Below the pieces are notes generated by a model that was not told the DNA's origin, did not search any database, and worked only from the letters and a program-made list of their open reading frames with translations. The position numbers and the translations under genes are program-made. A DNA stretch of 63,604 bases, counting the filler, from Atractiella rhizophila (Eukaryota), in NCBI GenBank assembly GCA_021432655.1. It is 3 parts of 3 records of this genome, joined end to end, with 100 filler letters (N's around TTAATTAATTAA, not from the genome) between each part and the next. Parts side by side here need not be neighbours in the genome. Positions count along the whole stretch, not along the records: positions 53,540 to 63,604 come from MU271822.1; 2 more parts are not named here. One strand, written 5' to 3'. Every line of letters starts with the position of its first letter. Position 1 is the stretch's first letter. Shown piece by piece: positions 56,667 through 63,604 of the stretch.

Positions 56667-57835
56667 ATGAAGGTGGCTACTCTCTTGTCCCTCGCGCTCT
56701 CTACTTCCGCTGCACTGCTTCCGCGTGGTTTTACGATCCCTTTCACTGAAGACTGCAAGAAAGGAGTGACATTTGAAGGCACGCCAAATGGTTTGTTTCC
56801 TGTACCTTCTCTGCGTCCATGTTGGACAACCCAATGCCTGGATAGGAACGATCAAGACAATCAACGGAGTTCCAACCTACGTTGCGAAATCCAAAGGATG
56901 GTTTCCTAAGGCGGAAGCACTCATTTTGCTCACTGACATCTTTGGACTCCCACTCGTAAACAACAAGTTACTTGCAGACGACTTTGCCAACTACGGCTGG
57001 GATACCTTTGTGCCAGATTACCTCAATGGAGACGCTGTTCCTGCAGATGGCCTAAACGATCCCAACGTCCGTCGCTCTCCTTTTGTTCCTGAATTGCACG
57101 GGGAGTGACGCAAGTCTCCTACGCTCAGTTCAACTTGACAGCCTGGTCAGCAAACCATACTGAAGCCGTGACCCTCCCTGTCGTCCTTAATCTGATTGAA
57201 GGCCTCAAGCAGAAGGGATATAACCGATTCCTAACGACAGGATACTGCTTTGGAGGTTAGTCGTGTCCTCGAATACACCGCCAGCGGTATCTTTTGTCCT
57301 CATCTTCCCATGCAGGCAAATATGCCGTCAGACTGGCTCAACGAAATGATGTCAAAGTGTCCACAATGGCACATCCAAGCGCTCTCGTTTTGCCAGACGA
57401 TTTCAACACGCTCCTCGAAAAGTCAAAAGTGCCCATTCAAATTAACAGGTCTGTTTTGCGGCCTTCCTCTCTTTCAGACTCTGAATCGTGAACTGACCGA
57501 TGTCGTGATTTGAATGGACAGTGCTGAGTTGGACACTGCGTTCAATCTCACCAGCCAAGCCTTGGTAGACAGCTTAATGGGTGATGGGAAGTACAAACCT
57601 GGTTACAACAGAACCTTCTTCAAAGGTGTAGCTCACGGCTTTGCAGTTCGCGCCAATCTCGTAAGTCTGCCTTTCTATTACACTGCCATTCTATTGCTCA
57701 CAATAAACAAAAGTCCAATCCTATCGAAAAGGCAGCGAAAGAAGGGGCATTCTTTGCTGCTGTGAGTTTCTGGTCATCAATTGACACCTTCTTATGCTGC
57801 TTTCGTACCAGGTTGACTGGCTGAGGAAACACTAA
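56667..57835 (+). CDS. Dienelactone hydrolase family (Aim2-like) with N-terminal signal peptide
   Basis: EGTPNG, LLTDIFG, NNKLLADDFA, VPDYLNGD, nucleophile GYCFG|G, AHPS, AELD, HGFAVR. Ends VDWLRKH*. Confidence 0.9.
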
Positions 57836-58612
57836 AAAGCTGGATGCCTTTCAAGGAGGAAGAGTTTTGGATATATGTTTCTAGACAGTGTTCTCGCATA
57901 ATGGTCACGCTCCGTAGCCTAGCTGCTTGAGACAATGATAATAACAGAATTCCAAGGCTTCTACATTTCAAGCTGGTGTCTCTCTGTCCAGATGGGACTG
58001 TGGTAATCACATTCCTTTGCCATTTCTGACCAGAGTATATAGGAATAGAGACCATGACAAGCTCAGAATTAAACGACAATATCGGAAACATGAAAGCGGT
58101 TTCCGGAGGCCAAATAGCGTGAGGTCACAAATGTCTACAGAGTGGTGAAAAAGAGCGGTAAGACCGCGCCGAGGATGGTGCATGGTGGAGCAAAAAGGGA
58201 CCACAAGCTATCACTGGATGAGATTGGCGCTCGAGTTTTCCATCGTCGCAATAGCCCATCGATAAAAAGAACTAGATCTTAATATCTCTGTTCAGTTGGG
58301 CAGTTGCACAATGCCGCCCAATGACACCATGGTATCCTTCTTGTCTTTTTGTCCTTTATTATCTCGTTCACGCTGAATTATGCCAACGTGCACAAACCAC
58401 TTTAATCACCAGTAGTCAAATCAAATCTCTATCAGCTGACTAGCAAAAGATTGTGGATTGTCTTGAAAGATATCAATCTTCTTGTTATAAGAGAAAAAGG
58501 CTCTCTCTACTTAGCTGGTCGTATCACCTTCGAAGAATGAAATAAGGGAGAGGCAACGGAAGGCAGTTCAGGCCAGTCCTCGAACCACTTGTAGCTTCGC
58601 TCGCAGGCTCCC

Positions 58613-59131
58613 TCATGATTCCGTTTTACGAAGTAAAGCTAGACCGTTGCCACAATGCCTATTGGGAGAAACACTGAACGATGAAGGTGTTGTCGGTCCT
58701 CCTAATTGTCCCTCCGAATCAACTCCACCTAAACGTCGAGTTAGAATTAACTTTACACCAAAGCAAGGAAAACATACCAGATCCCTAGCAGGTCCTCTAC
58801 GTGCAATATCTCCCCCACCAAGCTTCCTACCCCAACTCAATGGGTATCGTCCTTCCTTCAGACCCTTCCTTCTCCATACCACTCTCACACCCTGCAACCA
58901 CCGGTGTTTCTGTATCTTCACTTGCTTGTGCTCCTCTCTGAAATGCGTGATCCTCAGATTGGGTGGGATGGATACACCTTGTCGACGGAGAGTGAGCGCG
59001 AGATTTGTGAGTCGTTTTCGAGGTGTTGGCGGACGCACGAGTGCGGGAGGAAGACGTAGGAGATGGTGGGGGACTAGGAAGGAGGGAAGAGGGAGGACTT
59101 TGATGTACGGTGTTGGGCGAAAGAACGTCAT
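58613..59131 (-). CDS. Small basic hypothetical protein (true 3' end uncertain)
   Basis: ATG-initiated ORF MTFFRPTPYIKVLPLPSFLVPHHLLRLPP...PPNLRITHF, Arg/Lys-rich and possibly mitochondrial. Confidence 0.45.
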   Translation of the reverse strand: MTFFRPTPYIKVLPLPSFLVPHHLLRLPPALVRPPTPRKRLTNLALTLRRQGVSIPPNLRITHFREEHKQVKIQKHRWLQGVRVVWRRKGLKEGRYPLSWGRKLGGGDIARRGPARDLVCFPCFGVKLILTRRLGGVDSEGQLGGPTTPSSFSVSPNRHCGNGLALLRKTES

Positions 59132-59758
59132 GCTGGTGGAGAGGTGGTCAGTAACAAAATTTATTTATAAGGTTTGTGAATGGTTCCTTCTTTGGGTAAC
59201 TGCCTTTTTCGGACTATTTAAGGTTCTGATATAAATCCTGTTAGCAATATTCAAGCTCTCTATATGGAGTTATGAAGATTGGAGACACAGATGACAACTA
59301 GAGAGTTTGACGAGTATGCCGCTGCTGCCTTAAAATAACATTATGCCTTCCCTTTTGCGGTTACCACTCCTTCTGATTGCCGATTGTTTGCGCCTGTGAT
59401 AATCATAACTTCGATCGCAGTTCCTGCCCCGCTTCGCTTCCCCAAATCGCACGAGGTGAGCAATTCCAGAGCACGCTGAACGTGTTCAAACTGCCCGGTC
59501 CCTCTTATTACAGCCAGATGTTCAAAGTGTTCGTGACGACGGCTAACATGGTCAAGGGCATACGCAATTTCTCGCTAAAGCGGTGCGCGGAAGTCCACGT
59601 TGTCATCCCAATGGGGAAGCCAAGGAGGGCCTTGCCAAACACATAAAAGCTGGTTGGACTATTGTGCCTTCCCTTTGACATCCAGTCTCAGTGGCAACCG
59701 GTGGCAAGATTTCAAGGCTTGATTGACTTTCCTTCTCCTCTTTCTTTTGACAAGAACT

Positions 59759-60842
59759 ATGCATCCCAATCTCTTCTACGCCTCCGCTCTCGTGCTTTCC
59801 GCGGTAGCAGCCCCTACTGCGGGCTCGACGAATTTCAAGAGGCAGAACGGGAACGTGAAGATTGCAATTGGCGACGACGATGGATGGGCGACTTCTTTCA
59901 TTCGCACCGCTTACAACACCCTCACTGATGCAGGATTCCCATGTTCGTCTACACCTCTGTTGCGAGATACTGAGCTGATACACGCTGCGATGACTAGCTA
60001 TCATCTCAGCTCCCGCTGAGAACAAGTCTGGCTCCTCTTCCCTCGACCTCCCTGCCATTCCCTTGATTAGCGCCGGTCAGTTCGGCACAATTCCTGCTGG
60101 CGCTCCAGCAACGGGAAGTGATCCCAACGACTCCCGTATCAACTACGTCAACTCCTTCCCAGTCACCGCGATTAAGTTTGGTATCAAGACTGTTGCTCCT
60201 CGCGAACTGGGAGGGAAGCCTGATCTCGTTATTACCGGTCCGAATGTGGTACGTTTCTTGATGCTGCTACCCTCCAAAATCAACGCGAAATGCTGACGGT
60301 GTAAAAAGGGAAGCAACCTCGGGATCGTCACTCAATTCTCAGGCACCGTGTCAGTCTCCTCCCGCTCCGTTTTGTGTGTCATGTATCTAACCTGTCTGAA
60401 TCGAAACAGCGGAGCTGCAACTGAAGGCGTGAAGGAAGGCATCCCAGCCATCGCCTTCTCCGCTGCTGGTGGGGTAGCCAAATCCTTCGCCGACGGGGAC
60501 GATCCAATTGCAGATGTCTACGCCGGTCTCACCCTCAAAGTCGTCCAAACCCTCGTCGACTCTGGTGCACCTTTCCTTCCATCCGGCGTAGGACTCAACG
60601 TCAACTTTCCCGACATCACGGACGCGTGCGCGTCCGTCGACGACTTCAAATTTGTCCTCAGCAGGGTCAATATCGATATCAACCCGTTTACGGATGATGT
60701 GCAGCAGTGTGGAACTAACCATTTGCCTACTGAGAGCAGTGTTATTGATTCGGGCAACTGCCGTGTGAGCATTAGTGGGTTTGATTCAAGTGATAAATTT
60801 GGTTCGTCTTCCTTTTCGTACCTTTCTTTTCTTCGAACTTGA
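59759..60842 (+). CDS. Secreted SurE-like 5'-nucleotidase/acid phosphatase (last exon unclear)
   Basis: Signal peptide, GDDDGW, ISAPAENKSG, YVNSFPVT, PDLVITGPNV|GSNLG...SGT..AA.E...GIPAIAFS, LNVNFP. Confidence 0.88.
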
Positions 60843-61759
60843 AGACCAACAGAGTGGAGAAATCACCAAATACAACATGACATGAGGGAAGAGCAGCTGC
60901 TAATCGTAGTTCAGGAGTGCGACGGTTCAGAAGTGTCAGTTAACTGAGGGTCAGTGAACACTATTGACTATACGTAAGGTGATGTAAGTAAGACTTGGAC
61001 AAACATGTCGGGAGTTGATTATCAGGGAGTCAGCAGCTACGTCCTCTCTTATCTGCGTTTAAATAGGGATTGCTGTCGAACTGCCCGAAATAGCTCTAGA
61101 CTTTGTTGGGTTATTAGTCAATGGACGAAGGTCGNNNNNNNNNNNNNNNNNNNNNNNNNNNNNNNNNNNNNNNNNNNNNNNNNNNNNNNNNNNNNNNNNN
61201 NNNNNNNNNNNNNNNNNNNNNNNNNNNNNNNNNNNNNNNNNNNNNNNNNNNNNNNNNNNNNNNNNNNNNNNNNNNNNNNNNNNNNNNNNNNNNNNNNNNN
61301 NNNNNNNNNNNNNNNNNNNNNNNNNNNNNNNNNNNNNNNNNNNNNNNNNNNNNNNNNNNNNNNNNNNNNNNNNNNNNNNNNNNNNNNNNNNNNNNNNNNN
61401 NNNNNNNNNNNNNNNNNNNNNNNNNNNNNNNNNNNNNNNNNNNNNNNNNNNNNNNNNNNNNNNNNNNNNNNNNNNNNNNNNNNNNNNNNNNNNNNNNNNN
61501 NNNNNNNNNNNNNNNNNNNNNNNNNNNNNNNNNNNNNNNNNNNNNNNNNNNNNNNNNNNNNNNNNNNNNNNNNNNNNNNNNNNNNNNNNNNNNNNNNNNN
61601 NNNNNNNNNNNNNNNNNNNNNNNNNNNNNNNNNNNNNNNNNNNNNNNNNNNNNNNNNNNNNNNNNNNNNNNNNNNNNNNNNNNNNNNNNNNNNNNNNNNN
61701 NNNNNNNNNNNNNNNNNNNNNNNNNNNNNNNNNNNNNNNNNNNNNNNNNNNNNNNNNNN

Positions 61760-63224
61760 GGATATCCGCGTTCGACGGTCCCTGTCTGATGATTCCACCG
61801 ACACACAAGGTCTTGTAACATGCGGTAAATGGAGAGTGTTGCTCCTTTTGGAGAAATCTTGATCGATTTGAGAGGCGAATCGCAGGAAACACTTTGGGGA
61901 GCTGCGGGGACACGGTCGTCGTAGAAGTGTTCAGCACTGACAGATGGAGCATACTGAATCCCTTCCATGGGAAGGATGCTTTGGGCGAAGGAACGAGTAG
62001 CCGAGTTGTCAAAATTGTTTGGACCAACAAGTGAAGAGAGCACAAAGGTTGGTTGGTTGGCATAGTCCATTGTGGGCGGTAGCAACATAACATCGGTTGA
62101 TCCAAACGTTGTGGTTGACAGACCTGAAAGCTCACAATCTACTTTCCTTAAATGAGACCACAGTGAGATAATATCGGGGAGGACAAACCGTTTCTTTGGC
62201 CGCCAATGGCAGGCATGCTGGAACCGACATTGTCCGACGGCTCTGAACAAGGGCAAGTTGGAGAGTTTAGAAACGTAGGGGAAGAGGATCGTTCAGCCGC
62301 GGTAGCCAAGCGAGAGATGCCCTGGATGAACCGTTCCAAAGCCTTCAGCCTTTGCTTTTCGCATGCAGACGGTTCGCGCAGGGAACTGAGAGTGAGAATA
62401 ATACTCGGAGTCGAGGAACCGTTCGAGACGCAGTTCCAGTTTGACTATCAGATTGGAAAAAGCGCCAGTCGCAAGGTGCATGAATGATGTTCGTGACAGG
62501 AAGGAAGGATCGTTAACATCGTCAGTCGCCACCGCGCGATCAAAGAACCTGAAGACAGGGTCATGGTCATCGACTGAGAACTCAGGTCAATGAGGTGAGA
62601 GCTATGAGTCGCTTGGCTTGCCTATTTGTAAAGATTGTCCGTGGAACCACACTGCAGCCAGCTTCAGATGTTGACGTTTAGGACATCACTAAACTCACAT
62701 TGACCGTTAACATCCCAAGGGTAAACCGCCTTCCCTTCAGAGGTTACTCTAGCATAAGATTCGTTGACAAACAGAGCGCTGGACCGCCTCTTCTTCATAT
62801 TCCTACTTCTCTGCTTGACACGCAATCCAGTCAGTTCAGTTGACGAGCAACTAGCAGAGCTGTGAGTGTTCGTCGGCGAGACCTCAAGTTGCATTTGACA
62901 TTGAGGATCGCTCCGTCCTTCAACCAAAGTGGGAATCGAAGATGGAGACGGCACTGGATCAAACGGAGAGGATGCAGCTGAAGTTGCCAGAAAGTGGAAC
63001 GCCTGTTCATGAAACAGGACGTCTCTCAGCGTTCCTACCGGAATCCAGCCCATCTCGCCTTCGTCATTGAGGAACATCAAATGTTGCGTGTTGAGTATCC
63101 ATTTCTTTGAACTTGATACAGCAACGGAAGGCGCAGACGACTGTGGTACAGCGGGACAGGTACTTGTTGAAGTGTTTGGATTGTATGCTGGTCCTGACTC
63201 GTAACCACGGCGGGCGGGGGACAT
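61760..63224 (-). CDS. Hypothetical multi-exon protein running into the N gap (61135-61759)
   Basis: 186-aa ORF 62664-63224 plus downstream open segments with intron-like borders. No family recognised. Confidence 0.4.
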
Positions 63225-63604
63225 TGGGTATGTTGATAGGGATTATTATTCAATCCTAGCAAGGACTTGGATGATCATGGCGAATGGCGACTCATGCTCT
63301 CACGTCTTCACGTGACGGTACATACGCCTGAGCCAAAACCAAAAACCAGATAAGATAATTTCTTCAATCTCACAATACGGCGATAATGTCACAGTCTTCC
63401 TCAGAACGACCCCTGAAACGGTCGCATTCTCTCGTATATTCCATGCTGCAGAATCCTCCAAAGAGTTCAAACAAACGACCAAAAATCGAAGTTGTCAGTA
63501 CTCCAGAGAAGGGAAGGAAGGAAGAGGTTGGAATGGAGATTGAAGAAAGTGTAGCAGTTATGGAGAGAAATGAAGGAGATACGGACTTGGTTGAGCGAGT
63601 GAAA

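Noticed and set aside
47283..60842. Secondary-metabolite or detox cluster (M20 hydrolase, ABCC, DLH, SurE)
   Set aside because: The span is interrupted by a scaffold linker and no backbone enzyme (PKS/NRPS/terpene synthase) is visible.
61005..62256. Long ORFs in the track spanning 61135-61759 (likewise 23324-23716)
   Set aside because: Artefacts of translating through N runs.

Overview
Intron-rich, gene-dense fungal DNA with short GT-AG introns. The gene set and style suggest a basidiomycete, possibly Pucciniomycotina (inference only). The window is not one contiguous locus: two artificial 100-bp spacers (N44-TTAATTAATTAA-N44 at 26678-26777 and 53440-53539) join three scaffolds, and there are two internal N gaps. 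About 28 genes or gene fragments can be supported. Recognisable ones are a CBM21 PP1 glycogen-targeting subunit, an ELMO-domain protein, an RTA1-like exporter, Ubp15/USP7, an F-box/LRR protein, NTAQ1, Scc3 (partial), fimbrin, an SPX phosphate transporter, a double-PHD MYST acetyltransferase, Cia1, a secreted Con-13-like HExxH protein, Atp17, a duplicated cyclin, an M20 amidohydrolase, an ABCC transporter (partial), an F-box protein (partial), a dienelactone hydrolase and a SurE-like phosphatase. The most interesting signals are: (1) a 434-nt, strongly hairpin-forming intron in CIA1 with H/ACA-like boxes and a possible 10-nt poison micro-exon inside a stem; (2) a secreted HEQGH...EDFAQ zincin-like protein with a KR-delimited C-terminal tail; (3) two apparently identical local duplications, one flanking a TTAA-bounded filler; (4) an apparently secreted, N-glycosylated dienelactone hydrolase; and (5) GC-AG introns. 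Exon models were read by eye and no database searches were run.
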